Source of the DNA: Chiloscyllium plagiosum
Taxonomy: Eukaryota
Length of the DNA: 64,000 nucleotides
Direction of reading: 5' to 3'
Assembly (NCBI RefSeq): GCF_004010195.1
Contig: NC_057754.1
Coordinates: forward strand, 10,015,562 to 10,079,561
Shown: positions 36,390 through 49,277 of the stretch, one piece after another
How positions within the stretch are numbered: the first letter of the stretch is position 1
How the letters are laid out: the number at the start of each line of letters is the position of its first letter
The notes under the pieces: model-generated
The model's database searches: none
What the model was told of the DNA's origin: nothing
What the model saw: the letters and a program-made list of their open reading frames with translations, nothing else
Program-made: the position numbers and the translations under genes

Positions 36390-36990
36390 ATCTCTGCATT
36401 GAAATTCACCTGACCGATGTCTGCCCATTTGGCCAAATGTAAATACTGTAATAATAAATTTATGTAAATCAGAAAAAGCAAGGGGTTCCAACACCAATTC
36501 TTTGAGAACACCACTTTCAATTCATTTCCACTTATCCTGTGTTTTCTCCTTTTAGCCAACTTCTAATCGATGCTGCCAAGGACTGTGATCCAAAATGTGA
36601 TAACCAACCTGCCATGTGGCACCATGGCCAATGCTTTCTGAAAATCCAAATACACAATATTCCCAGCACTTTCCTGATCCCACTGCCTGTATCATCTCGT
36701 CAAAGAACTCAATTAAGTTTATTACCTTGCTAAAGCTATGTTGACTATTTTGTATTTTTCTCTAAGTGCATCCCATCTTATCCCATATTATGGCCTCCAT
36801 TAGGTTTCCCGCTGTTCGCATCAAGCTGACAAGTCTGTTTCCTGGATTATCCTTTGTCTCTTTCTTCAACAATGGTGTCACATTTGCAATTCTCCAGTCC
36901 CTGGGACTAATCTTGTGTTCAGACAGGTCTTGAAAATTTCTGTCAATGACTCTGCAATTTGCTCCCTTCCCTCTTGCAACAATTTGGATG
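36390..36990 (-). mobile_element. Old CR1 RT fragment
   Basis: Homologous to 20975-21660, e.g. KWADIGQVNFNAE and aatgctttctgaaaatccaaatac. Confidence 0.65.
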
Positions 36991-36994
36991 CATC

Positions 36995-38480
36995 ATCGAG
37001 TGAATTGAAGTCAGTTCAAATGAGAGGTAGTGAGATAGACTGATTTGGAATGTTTCAGAGTAAGTTGGAGTGATGAGTGGGTTGGTTTGCATTGGAGTGA
37101 GGTAGTGCAATTTGCAGTGAGTAAGAGTGACTTTGATTTTGAATTGGTGTGAGGTAGATTAAAGAAGAGTGAGTGGAGTAAGTGGGAGTGATGTAAAGCC
37201 ATTCACAGTGAATCAGAGTACGTTCGAATGTAGTAGAGAGAGCTGGAGTGCTGAAGGGTGAATTAAAATAATTTGCAATGTGTGGCAGCGAGGAAAGCTA
37301 TTTGGAGAGTGTCAGTGTAGGTAGGAGTTAAACAAAATCAGTAAAGTGAAGGAGAGTGAATTGCAATGAGGTAAGAGAGAGTTGAATTGAATGAGTGTGG
37401 TTGTAGTTCAGTTTGGAGTAATTGAGAATAATACATTTGCAGATGACACCAAAATAGATGGTGTCGTGGACAGTGAAGAAGATCATCTCAAAATACAATG
37501 ATACCTTGATCAGATGGGCCAACGGTCCAAGGAGTGGCAGACGGCAGTTTAATTTAGATAAATGTGAGGTGTTGCGTTTTGGTTGGGCAAACCAGGGCAG
37601 GACTTAAGCAGTAAATGTTAGAGCCCTGGAGAGTTTTGTTGAACAAAGAGACCTAGGGGTGTAGGTGCATAGGTCCTTGAAAGTGGACTCACAGGTAGAT
37701 ACTGTGGTGAAGAAAACATTTGGCACACTTGCCTTCATTGGTCAGAACATTGAGTATACAAGTTGGGATGTCATGTTGCATCTGTGCAGGTCATTGATGA
37801 GGCCACTTTTGGAATACTGCATACAGTTCTGGTCGCCCTTCTACAGGAAGGATGTTGTTAAACTTGAGAGGGTGCAGAAAAGATTTACAATGATGTTTCC
37901 AAGTTTAGAGGGTTTGAGCTATAAGGAGAGGCTGAATAGGCTGGGGCTGTTTTCTCCTGGAGCGTCATAGACTGAAGGGTGACCTTATAGAGAGTTATAA
38001 AATCATGAGGGGTATGGCTAGGGTGAATAGCCAAGGTCTTTTTCCTAGGCTAGGGGAGTAAGTAGAAGACATAGATTTAAGGTGAGAGAGGAAAGATTTA
38101 AAATGATCTGCATTTTCACACAGAGGGTTACGTGTGATTGGAACGAGCTGCCAGAAGTGTTGAGGGCTTGTATAATTATACCATTTAAATGGCTTCTGGA
38201 TAGGTGTATGAATAGGAAGGGTTTAGAGGGGTATAGGCGAAATGCTGGCAAATGGGACTAGGTCAGATTGGCGCAGATGAATTGGATTTAAGGGTCTGTT
38301 TCCATGCCTTATGACTCTACGATTTATGAGAGTGAATTGGAGTGAGTTGAAATGAGTGGGAGAGATGTGGAACAAATTCTTTTGTCAGAGTTAGTTGGAG
38401 TTTACCAGAATATTTTTGAGTGAATCCAGAGTGAGTAGGAGTAAGATGGGTTGAGTTGGAAAGATGTAGAGTGAAAAAGA
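36995..38480 (+). repeat. Degenerate (GAGTN/GAATT)n pentamer tract split by a CR1 insertion
   Basis: gagtg/gagtt/gaatt periodicity at 36995-37428 and 38325-38480. Confidence 0.6.
37430..38325 (+). mobile_element. 5'-truncated CR1 LINE
   Basis: FADDTKIDG; HRSLKVDSQVD..RPLLEYCIQFWSP; atgactctacg tail. Confidence 0.92.
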
Positions 38481-38924
38481 TTCATGTTACTTGGATTCCA
38501 AGGTTATGTTATGAATAGAGGCCTGTGTCTGTGTCAACTCTCTGTAGAACAATCCCAATTCTCTTTTACCCCTGTTGTCTGGTTAAAGCCTTGCAAGTCT
38601 ATTTCACTCAAATGCCTTTCCAATGTCCTTTTTTACGTTGTTGATCCTCTTTTGATACACCATGCATGTAGCCAGAGAGTACTGGGTATTGCCATTCATT
38701 CTATCAAAAATATTTTGTCTGTATCTCTGGCCTACGCCTTAAATCTTTCTCCCCCAGGTTTTGGACCATCACCCAATGGAAATACCTCTTTCTTGTCCTC
38801 TCCAATATAAACAAGTCAACGTGTTCACCTTTACCAAATCTCCGTTTGCTTCATGGAGAAGAAACTCAGACTCTCCAAACAAATATCATGTATGAATTTC
38901 TATTTTCCTGTTAGCTTTATGGAA

Positions 38925-39196
38925 TAGAATCCCAACAGTGTGGAAACATTTGGCCCAGCATTCCACACCGGCCCTCCAAACAGTAACCTTCCCACACCTA
39001 TACTCCTACAGTACTACTGTATATTTACCCCTGACTAATGCACCTAACCTACACATCCCTGAACACTATGTGCAATTTAGCATGGCCATTAGCTACACAT
39101 CTTTGGATTGTGGGAGGAAACCAGAGCACCCGTGGGGAACCCAGGTCCCTGGCGCTGTGAGACAGCAGTGTTAACAACTGAACCACCGTGCCACCC
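38925..39196 (-). mobile_element. HE1-type SINE, internally deleted
   Basis: Minus-strand tRNA-like head at 39196 and HE1 core. Confidence 0.8.
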
Positions 39197-39573
39197 TTCT
39201 CTAGAACATCTAGAAGCATGATAAGGCTATTCAGCCCCTTCAGTCTCCTCTGCCTTTGAATAGGATTATGGCTGATTGATGATGACCTACACAGTATGTC
39301 TTCCTTTTTAATCACGAGTTTTGCTACTTCTGCCCTAAGTATATTTAAAATAATTCCATAGACTCATGACCCTTTGAAAGACTAAATTGCTCCTCGGTTT
39401 TCTTAAAATGCAGACCCCATAGTTTTAAACTTAGTTGCCTAGTTCTATACACCCCCAAACAGGGGAAAACCAGCCTGCCACCTGAGATGGGTGGTTTGTC
39501 CATATGTGGCGCTTAGGCGTTTGGCACAGGATTCCCATTTCCTGGCTTGTCTTAGCATCTCTTGCCCGTAGAT

Positions 39574-39838
39574 GTTCAAAGTTTGTGAGAAGATTTTAGC
39601 TCGGGTGCTCGTTGTTGTGGTTCTGTTCGCCGAGCTGGGATTTTGTGTTGCAGACGTTTTGTCCCCTGTCTAGGTGATATCCTCAGTGCTTGGGAGCCTC
39701 CTATGAAGCTTCACAAACGTCTGCAACACAAATTCCCAGCTCGGCTGATGAAGCTTTTGTCCGAAAGGTCGATTTTCCTACTCCTCGGATGCTGCTTGAC
39801 CTGCTGTGCTTTTCCAGCACCACTCTAATCTAGACTTT
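39574..39838. mobile_element. Composite PLE pLTR fragments (two families) with degenerate hammerheads
   Basis: 39574-39710 matches 15063-15200. A short inverted piece at 39715-39744 is followed by a mini-PLE arm CTGATGAAGCTTTTGTCCGAAAGGTC. Confidence 0.75.
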
Positions 39839-39974
39839 GGCATGTAGGTGATGGTTTTCCTGTGCACCAGCTGCTCTTGCCTTCCTGGCCAGTGTGGGTT
39901 CTGTCAAATAGCAAGTTGAGTTTCACTGGAAGTCCATTACCTTTTCCCACTCCTCCACTAGAATCGTACAATTC

Positions 39975-40230
39975 CGACAGTGCAGAAAGAGGCTATTCAA
40001 CCCATCGAGTCCACAATGATTGTCCCATCCTATTCCTGTAATCTCATCTTTTACTATGGCCAATCCACCTAGGCTGTACATCTTTGGACTGTGGGAGGAG
40101 ACCGGAGCACCCGGAGGAAACGCACGCAAACAGGGGTAGAACGTGCAAACTCAACACAGTCGCCCAAGGCTGGAATCGAACTTGGAGCCCTGGTGCTGTG
40201 ACACAGCAGTGCTAACCACTGCGCCACCAT
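39975..40230 (-). mobile_element. HE1-type SINE
   Basis: Minus strand GGTGGCGCAGTGGTTAGCAC..AGTTCGATTCCAG head and core. Confidence 0.8.
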
Positions 40231-40473
40231 GCGTTTTCCTCTGTGGAGACCCGTCTCTTGTGTAATCCTGACGAAGGTTCCCTTCACTGAAGGTTGATAC
40301 TGGTTGGTTTTTATAACGAATGGCACTTTTCATCCCACTTTCTCATATTTTAAATCATTTTTGCAGAGAATTTAAAAGAGGATTTACAGAGAAGAAGCTC
40401 AAATCAAACATCAAATCAAGACCTGACAGAGACAGTCGACTCACCAGGAACTTAATATCGTTGCCCGTTGACC

Positions 40474-41451
40474 ATGGAAGGAAAAAGAACGGTTCATGGT
40501 GAAGAGAAATCGTATATGTTTCGGAGGGCAAAATTGTGGAAATGTGAAGACTGTGGGAAGGAATTCAATTACCCATCCGACCTGGAAACACATCGACGCA
40601 GTCACACGGGAGACAGGCCGTTCAGCTGCCCTGAGTGTGGGAAGGGATTCACGCAATCTTCTGACCTGCTGAGACACCAGCGCGTTCACACTGGGGAGAG
40701 GCCGTTCACCTGCACTGAGTGTGGGAAGGGATTTACTCAGTTATCAAACATGCTGATACACCAGCGAATTCACACGGGGGAGAAGCCATTCACCTGCCCT
40801 GAGTGTAGACAAGGCTTTACTCAGCTATCGACCCTGCTGAGACACCAGCGTGTTCACACTGGGGAGAGGCCCTTCACCTGCTCCAAGTGTGGGAAGGGAT
40901 TCACTGAGTCATCCCATCTGCTCAATCACCAGCGAATTCACAGTGGGGAGAGGCCATTCACCTGCTCCAAGTGTGGGAAGGGTTTCACTCGGTCATGCAC
41001 CCTGCTGAGACACCAGCGAGTTCACAACGGAGAGCGACCGTTCACTTGCTCCAAGTGTGGGAAGGGATTCACGACCTTGTGCACCCTGCTGAACCACCAG
41101 CGGGTCCACACTGGTGAGAGGCCTTTCACCTGCTCAGTATGCGGGAAAGCATTCAGTCAGTTGTCCAACATGCTAGCGCACCGGCGTGTTCACACTGGGG
41201 AGAGACCATTTGCCTGTCCGGAATGTGGGAAAGGGTTCAGTACCACATCCACCCTGATGAATCACCAGCGCGTTCACACTGGGGAGAAGCCATTCACCTG
41301 TCCGGAATGTGGGAAAGGATTCTCTCAGTCATCCAACATGCTGACACACCATCGCATTCACACAGGGGAAAAGCCATTTCCCTGTACCGTGTGTGAGAAG
41401 AGATTTGCTCATTTGTGTAACCTGCTGACTCACCAGCGAGTTCACCAGTAA
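40474..41451 (+). CDS. C2H2 zinc-finger protein ZNF-C, ~325 aa, 11 tandem fingers
   Basis: Strong Kozak accATGg at 40474 and 11 fingers. Acceptor tttttgcag with the exon starting at 40367. In-frame TAA at 40453. Confidence 0.93.
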   Translation: MEGKRTVHGEEKSYMFRRAKLWKCEDCGKEFNYPSDLETHRRSHTGDRPFSCPECGKGFTQSSDLLRHQRVHTGERPFTCTECGKGFTQLSNMLIHQRIHTGEKPFTCPECRQGFTQLSTLLRHQRVHTGERPFTCSKCGKGFTESSHLLNHQRIHSGERPFTCSKCGKGFTRSCTLLRHQRVHNGERPFTCSKCGKGFTTLCTLLNHQRVHTGERPFTCSVCGKAFSQLSNMLAHRRVHTGERPFACPECGKGFSTTSTLMNHQRVHTGEKPFTCPECGKGFSQSSNMLTHHRIHTGEKPFPCTVCEKRFAHLCNLLTHQRVHQ

Positions 41452-41540
41452 ATACATGTGATTGGATTTTGCTGTTCATCTCATCCAGGCCGAAACTATG
41501 TTCGTTGGGCTCTGTTTCCATTGATGTAAACAAACACATT

Positions 41541-41546
41541 AATAAA
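41541..41546 (+). terminator. Polyadenylation signal of ZNF-C
   Basis: AATAAA 90 bp after the stop, followed by GT/T-rich sequence. Confidence 0.6.
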
Positions 41547-42224
41547 CGTGTGTTAATACGCTGGTTGTCAAATCTTTGTTTTACACACAGAATTCATTGT
41601 TCCTTTTTAATTTCTCCCACACAAATTGCTCCTCTTCAAGTGCTGGCCCTCTCCCCATCTCTTCTTTCCTCACCTCCAACATGTGGAGCTCATGAAGCTT
41701 TGTTGTGACTAAAATTGAAACAATCTAACTTGCTGCTTCCCTCCCTCTCTCAGTCAGCGTTGGGCCAACCTACTCCTGAAGGTCCCCCCGCACCGGTGTT
41801 TCTTCTCACTCCCTCTAGGCAGGGTTCTTGTTGTGGCTGGTAGCTGGGGATGATTAGGTGAAGTGTCTTCCACAGTCAGACCCCTAGTGAGGGGTGGGGA
41901 TGTTGATAGAGTAAATTTGAGGGCAGGGCCGGGAACAGTTGTGTCCAGTGTTGTATCTAAGCTACGCAGCTGTCTCTGGAAGCACAGACCTCAGATGTCT
42001 GTACAGTGGAAAAGATACTTTGTGGGAATGTTGGCTATTTGTACCTGAATTACATTTATATAGACTCATCCAACTCAGTGAGTAATCAGAACTCATTGAA
42101 TTATGATACAGTCTGTGTAGAATCTAAGAAATTGAGGAAAGAGGTTATTTGGCCCGTTGAGTTGTATTGACATTCTGATGGGTACCTCCCCTGTGAGAGT
42201 GTGGGTGGGCAAACCAGGAGCAGC

Positions 42225-43100
42225 ACCAGGCATAACTAAAAATGATCTGCCGTCCTGGTAAAGTGACAATGCAGGACTGCTTGCATGCCAAACCCGCAGA
42301 AGAATCAAGTGCCAGACAGAACTAAGCAAATCACACAACCAACAGATCAGATCTGAGCCCTGCAGTCCTGTCACAATCGCTTGTGAATGGTGGTAGACAA
42401 TTAACCAACTCACTGGAGGAGGAGGTTCCCCAGATATCCCTGTCCTCAATGGGAGAGCCCAGCGTATTTGGACAATAGACATGGCTGAAGCATTCACAAC
42501 GATCTTCGGTCGGAATTGTTAGGTTGATGATCCATCTCGGCCTCCTGTAGAGCTCCCAGCAGCACAACTGCTCGTCTTCAGCCAATCCAGTCCCCTCCAC
42601 TTGTTGGACACACTGGATACTGCAAAGGCTGTGGGCCCTCAACATTCTAGCATTAATATTGAAGACTTTGGCTGGAGAAAATGCCATATGCCTAGCCAAG
42701 CTGTTCCTGTACAATGGAAGATTGTCCAGGCACGTCCTGTACACAAAATGCAGGACAATTCCAACTTGGACGATTACCACCCCATCAATCTACTCTCGAT
42801 CAATGGTAAACTGATGGAAGGTGTTGTCACTGGTACCATCAAGCAGCACCTACTCAACAATAACCTGATTAACGACACCCAGTTTGGGTTCTGCCAGGGC
42901 CACTCAGCTCCTGACCTCAATACATTCTTGTTTCAAGCATAGACCAAAGAGCTGAATCCCAGATGTGAGTTGAGAGGGACAGCCCCTGACATCAAGGCCA
43001 AGTTTGACCGAATGCGGAACCAAGAACAGGAGCAAAACTGGAGTCAATGGGAATCGGGGGAACAACACTATCCCTCAGCTAGAATCGTACCTGGTGGCTG
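42225..43100 (+). mobile_element. CR1/L2-group LINE ORF2 fragment (same family as 52670-54900)
   Basis: LDTAKAVGP..WKIVQARPVHK..YHPINLLSI..QFGFCQGHSAPD. Confidence 0.8.
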
Positions 43101-45021
43101 GGAAAATAGAGTCATACAGCACAGAAACACACCATTCAGCCTACAATGTCAATGCTAACCCCCAAACTCAAAACTATACTAATCACATTTACCTGCAATT
43201 GGTGCATAGCCGACTATGCCCTGGCATTTTGAGTGCTCATCCAGATGCTTCTCGAATGTTGTCAGAGTACCTGCCTCCACCGTCCTCTCAAGTCGTGTAT
43301 TCCATATTTCTACCACCCCCTGGGTGAAAACCACTTTCCTCAGATCCCGCCTACAATGCATACACCCCACCTTAATCCTATGCCCTCTGGTCTTAGGCAT
43401 GTCTGCCATGAGGAAAAGATTCTCACATTTCTTTGTGTGCCTCTCATAATTTTGTATACCTCAATCCGATCTCCCTGCAGCCTCCTGTGCTCCAAGGAGA
43501 ACAAACCCAGACTACCCAATCTCTCCTCATAACTGAGACTTTTCATCCCAGGCAACATCTGGTGAATCTCCTCTGCATCATTTCCAGTGCAATCACATCC
43601 TTCCAACAGTGTGGTGACCCAGAACTGCACACTGTATTCAATCTGTGACCAAACTAATGTTCTGTAAAGTTACAACAGGACTTCCCTGCTCCTATATTCT
43701 ATGTCCCAGCCAATGAAGACAAGCATCCCTGTACCCCTCAGGGACTTGGGGATCCTTTCCATATCAGAATTTCCAAAATATATCCCCTCAAGCATGTCAG
43801 AATTAAATTCCATCTGCCACTGCTCTGCCCAATTTACCAGCAGATCAATATCAGACTATAGCCTGAGACCACCTCTTTGCTATCAGCAATATCACTAATT
43901 TTTGTGTCATCTGCAAACTTACTAATTTATATCTTCTACGTTCTCATCCGAGTTGATAACGTACATAGCAAACATTGAGGGTCCTAACACTGGTCCCAGG
44001 CTTCCAATCAAAATAAAAACAACTCTCCAGCATCACCCTTTCCAGTTTTCCAATTTACCATGGATCCCATGGGCTCTTACCTTTTCATGTGAGATCGTGT
44101 TAAAGGCCTTACTGATGTCCATGTAAACACATCAACTGCGCTCCCCTCATCAATATATTTCGTCAACCTTAAAACTCAAACTTAGTCAGGCAGGATCTCA
44201 CTCCAACAAATCTGTGCTGACTATCCCTCATCAATCCCTGCTGTTGATTGATCCTGTCTCAAAATGTTTTCCAAGAATTTCCCGATCACTGATGTCAGAC
44301 TAATTGGCGTGCAATATTCAAGCCTATCCCGGCTGCCTTTCTTGAAGAAAGGAACCACGTTAACTCTCTTCCTGTCATCTGGCACTTCACTTGTGGCCAG
44401 CGAAGTATTAAATATCTCAGCCAGAATCCCAGCAATCTCCTCTCTTGCCTCCCATCACTGCCTGGGGTATATCTCATCATATTATGCACTAATGCCCACT
44501 AAAACATCTGATGACGCTTCCTTATTAATCTTAGCATGCTGTAGAACATCACCGTCCTAACTGAAATCTCCAGCTACCATGTCTTTCTCCTTTGTGAATA
44601 CAGGTGAGAAATATGCAGTTAACACCTCACTCACGTCATCTGGCTCCAAACACAGATTGTCTCTTTGATCTCTTAATAGGCCCCACTCTTGGCCTGGTAA
44701 TCCTCTTCCAATTAATATACTTATAAAATGCCTCGGGGTTTTCCTTAATCTTATCTGCCAAAGATATTCTCTGGCTCCTCTTTGCTCTCCTAACTCCTTT
44801 TTTTAAGCATCCTCTACAATCTCTATACTCCTGAGGGCCTCCCCTGTTTTTAATGCTCTGCACTTAACATATGCTTTCTTCTTTCTTTATCAAAGTCTCA
44901 ATATCTGATCACATCCAGGGTTCCCTGGTCTTGCTGCCCATTGCCCTCACCTTTAGAGAAATATACTGATCCTGAACTCTCACCCTACTACTTTTAAAAA
45001 TCTCCCACTTCCCAAATGTAG

Positions 45022-45199
45022 CCATGATGTGGGGATGCTGGTGATGGACTGGGGTGAACAAAGTCAGACATCACACAATGCTAGGTTATAGTCCAATAGG
45101 TTTATTTGAAGTCGGGTGAAGGAGCAGCACTCTGAAAGTTTGTGATTTCGATTAAACCTGTTAGACTATAACCTGGTGTCATGTGACTTCTGACTTTTT
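45022..45199. mobile_element. Palindromic mini-PLE with 10-bp TSD
   Basis: TSD CCAAATGTAG at 45012-45021 and 45200-45209. Arms ~45061-45110/45146-45197 surround a degenerate hammerhead. Confidence 0.78.
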
Positions 45200-45597
45200 C
45201 CAAATGTAGACTTACCTGCAAGTAGCTGCTCCCAGTCAATTTTTATCAGATCCTGTCTAATGCTGTTGAAAATTGGCCTTCCCCTGTTTTAGATATTTAA
45301 CTTCTGCACTACCCTTATCCCTTTCCAAAATGACTTTGAAACTTACAGAGTTATGTTTACTATCCCAAAATACTCACCCGCTGACACTTCAACCACTTGA
45401 CCGGCTTCATCCCTAGGATTAGGTCTGGCACTGTCCCATCTAACCCAGAGAAGGCGCTTTAAAAATTCCACCCCGTCAATCATAGAGTCAGAAGAATTGT
45501 ACAGCATGGAAACAAACCCTTTGGTCCAACCTGTCCATGCCAATCAGATATCCTAAATTAATCTAGTCCTATTTGCCAGCATTTGGCCCATATCCCT

Positions 45598-46329
45598 TGT
45601 AAATATATGCCTTAGTACGAAGCATTCAGAAGCATTTAAATGATATATTTGTTTCAGTTACTTATAATACAATGCTATGCTTAACCATTAACTAACACAG
45701 TGGGTTGTGTAACCCTTGTGGGGACAAACAGACAGTGGAAAAGTACTGAGTACATCTGACTTGTAAAGATATGCTGATGTAACCACACAATAGGAATGAC
45801 TTTTAACAAAGAGCAGTGTGTACTGGCGGCCATGGTGGCGGTTGGGAGAGCGAGGCAGACAGCGGGGGTGTTGCCGCCCTGTGAGTGCAGATGCAGGACA
45901 TGTTGTAATCTGTGGTGTTAAAAAAAACAAGAACTATTTCGCGCCACCACCTGCAGAAGGAAGTCACATGGAGTCAGATATCCGGGAACGCGAAAAGGCG
46001 GAGAATGGAGTCAGGTCAACAGCCAATCAGAACACAACCACACCTCAATGCTTGCACAATGTTCTGTGATTACATGATGTGTTGTATTGTATAAAAGACT
46101 GGGTCAGGGGCAGGATAGGGGTCGGACTTCTTGAACTGACACACTTTGCTGTTTGTCAGGGATGGGAAGATCTAGACCCAGAGCTCTGTATACTTTATCC
46201 ACTCACTGCTTAAAATAAAGTAAGAATTTGAGACCGAATATCTTCTCCTATTGCTTCATTAAAAGAACACGCAGGACTCGGCTCACACATAAGGGAAAGT
46301 AAGCTGGTAGATTGAGCTAGAGTCCAACG
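45598..46329 (+). mobile_element. Solo LTR (~730 bp) with 4-bp TSD
   Basis: Ends TGTAA...CAACG. TSD CCCT at 45594-45597 and 46330-46333 restores the CR1 tail catatccct|ctaaaccc. CCAAT at 46023, TATAAAA at 46090, AATAAA at 46214. Confidence 0.8.
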
Positions 46330-47497
46330 CCCTCTAAACCCTTTCTATCCCATGAATCATTTACACTAAGACAATTACAGTTAATGTTAGCAAATTTGAA
46401 ATCCTCTACTACCATAACCCTATCTTCTCAAACGTCTCTGCGATCTGCCTGCATATCTGCTCCTCGATCTCCCTTTGACTGTTGGGAGGTCTGCAGTATA
46501 ATCCCACCAAAGTGATCTCCTTTCGTTTAGACTCTACCCAGATGGCCTCATTAGAAGAGGACATCCCCCATTATTGCAGCGATGGTCATCTTCATGAATA
46601 ATGCCCCCATCCTATCTTACATTCCCCTTCTTGCACCATCATGCCTGAAACATGACCTGAAATATTGAGCTCTTCCTTCAACCATGTCTCAGTGGTTGCA
46701 ACAATACCATATTCCCAAATGCTGACCCCACTCTGAGTTCATCCGCCTTACCAGTCAGGTTCCTTGCACTAAGGTACATAAAATTCGGCTTCCAGTCATC
46801 TTATATGCCTTATTATGCCCACTTTTCCTCCACTTTCTGGACTGTCACGGTATTCCTTCTATGTCTGATTGAACCTTATTCCCAATTTTACATTTAAACT
46901 TTCCCCAAGAACACAAGCATGGATATAGACCCAATTTCCGATTCAGGTACAACCCATGCATCTTGAACAGGTCCCACATACTCTAGTAATTGTCCCAATG
47001 ATCCAAAAATTTAAAGCCCCATGTCTCACACAATCCTTTTAGTCACGTGTTCATCTGATCTATCGTCCTATCCCTGTACTCAGTACTGTGTGGCACTGGA
47101 GATTACAACCCTTGTAGTCTACCTCTTTAAGTACTTCCTAACTGGCGAAATTGCTGTTGCAGGATCTCATTTCTTTTTTCACCTATATTGTTGGTATCAA
47201 CATGTACGATGACTGCTGGCTGTTCATCCTCCCCCTTCAGAATACCCTGCAGCTGCTGTGAGACATCCTTGACCCTGGTACCAGGGAGGCAACACACCAT
47301 TCGAGAGTCTTGCTTGTGGCCACAGGACCACCTATCAGCTTCCCTTACAATTGAGTCCCTTACTACTTAAAACACTCACTAAGACACTGATTTTTCCTCT
47401 CCTGCTGTGTGGCAGAGCCATCTGTGGTGCCACAAACTTAGCTGTTGCTGCTTTTCCCTGAGAGGCCATTCCTGCCAACAGTATCAAACATTGTTAT

Positions 47498-48240
47498 TGT
47501 TATGAAGTTGAAGGTGTGTACTGTACCTTTAAGAGAGAGTGATGGTGCTCTGAACTGAGAGATTACAAGCACCTGTGTATATGACGAGATGGCAGTCTCA
47601 GAGTGTACTGGAAAATTGAAAATATGTCACATTAGGTTGTGAAATGGACACCTGAGTTGGTTGCTGTTTTGACAACAATTCGAATGAGTTTAAAATATGC
47701 CCCAGGATACTAAAACCCAATCAAGTTTGAATTTATTGTTTTGCCAACATCAAACCAATGAGACAATCCGATGTTGCAAGTATAAAAATGCAGACATTTT
47801 GAAAATTGGAGAGACAGCAACTGTCTTCAAGAGAGACCCAAGAAAATAGGGAACATTATCAAAGGTACCTTTTCATATGAAACATACTCACAGTAAAAAG
47901 AAAAAAGATGACCAAGGGAGATCATCAGCTGGAAGACAGACATCAAAGATGATAGCGGCTGTGTGGTTTTAAAACTAAGTTGATATAATTTTAATAAGTG
48001 TCTTATTGGGACAGCATATTGTTGGACGCAGATAATAAGCAGTTCAGAGAAAGGGGGCTTAGAGTTGTGAATAGTTGTTGTTTAATGTTCACTTTTAGAG
48101 TTAAAGATAAATTGATATTTTCTTTAAATAGTGGAATTTGGGAGTTCTCTTTCACCTATATTTTAACAGATTACCAGGTGAGGTGAACTTTCTGGGTGTT
48201 TGGTTTAATTAACAGAAGGGTTCACCACTGTGTTGTAACA
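47498..48240 (+). mobile_element. Solo LTR (743 bp) with 5-bp TSD
   Basis: Ends TGTTA...TAACA. TSD GTTAT at 47493-47497 and 48241-48245. CCAAT at ~47755, TATAAAA at 47781. Confidence 0.85.
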
Positions 48241-48293
48241 GTTATCAATTCAAGAGGGGAAGGCCACAGGGGACTCCTGCACTGCCTGCCCAT

Positions 48294-49277
48294 TGTTATG
48301 GAGCAGGCTAGACCCCCTCAAAACATTTCAAGAAAGTAGCCCAGACCCTAACTTTGCTTGTGTTTTAAGCAGGTGTAGGGTGGATATTCCAGGAGGGATG
48401 CAGCTGGCCCAACCACTTAATTTGAAACAAAACAGAATTAATTTGCAAGATTGTTGAATGAAACACAAACAAAAGAGAACAGAAAATGGAATAACTTAAC
48501 CTATCCGAAAACCCAGCAGACTATTCCAACTTATTGATGCTGTTCCAAATTCCTGCAAAAATCCCCATTAACACGCTTTGGCATAAAAGGTAAAATCAAA
48601 CACAAGGTCTTCTCTGAAAGAGAGAAATGGCAGAAATATTCAGCATGGGACACCTTCTTCCATGGAGTTGTTTCTTGGATTTGCGGCCTCAAAATTGACT
48701 GACTGCTTTCAGTGAACAGCCAGACTGCTAAAGCCCAAACGGGGCGGCACGGTGACTCAGTGGTTAGCACTGCTGCCTCACAGCGCCAGGAACCCGAGTT
48801 CAATTCCCACCACGGGCAACTGTCTGTGTGGAGTTTGCACATTCTCCCCGTGTCTGCGTGGGTTTTCTCCGGATGCTCCGATTTCCTCCCACAGTCCAAA
48901 GATGTGCCGTTTAGGTGAATTGGCCATGCTAAATTGCCCGTAATGTTAGGTGTAGGGGAATGGGTATGGCTGGGTTGCTCTTCGGAGGGTCAGTGTGGAC
49001 CTGTTGGGACCAAGGGCCTGTTTCCATACTGTAGGGAATCTAACCAAACCAAACCAGAAAAAAAGCTGAGCTGGGAGAATTGGCCACTCCCCTTTCATTG
49101 TACAAGTGTTGTTTTTTAAAACTCAAAAGCCTTTTTCTGAAGCAGTATCTGTTAGCTATAATCAAAATGGCCCTAAAACCCACAAAACCTAGACTTTTAC
49201 GAATTGCTGCTTTTATGACCTCTCTGGAAAAAAAGCCAAGAACAGCATAACATTATTAAAGGAGCAGCATCATCACA
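48294..49277. mobile_element. Solo LTR with 4-bp TSD, containing an HE1 SINE
   Basis: Ends TGTTATG...CATCACA. TSD CCAT at 48290-48293 and 49278-49281. Confidence 0.8.
48741..49043 (+). mobile_element. HE1-type SINE, full length
   Basis: GGGGCGGCACGGTGACTCAGTGG head, GAGTTCAATTCCC B box, gtagggaatctaa tail. Confidence 0.9.

Noticed and set aside
8178-40366. KRAB, SCAN or BTB effector exons for the ZNF genes
   Set aside because: None recognisable in the ORF track, and in-frame stops precede each ATG.
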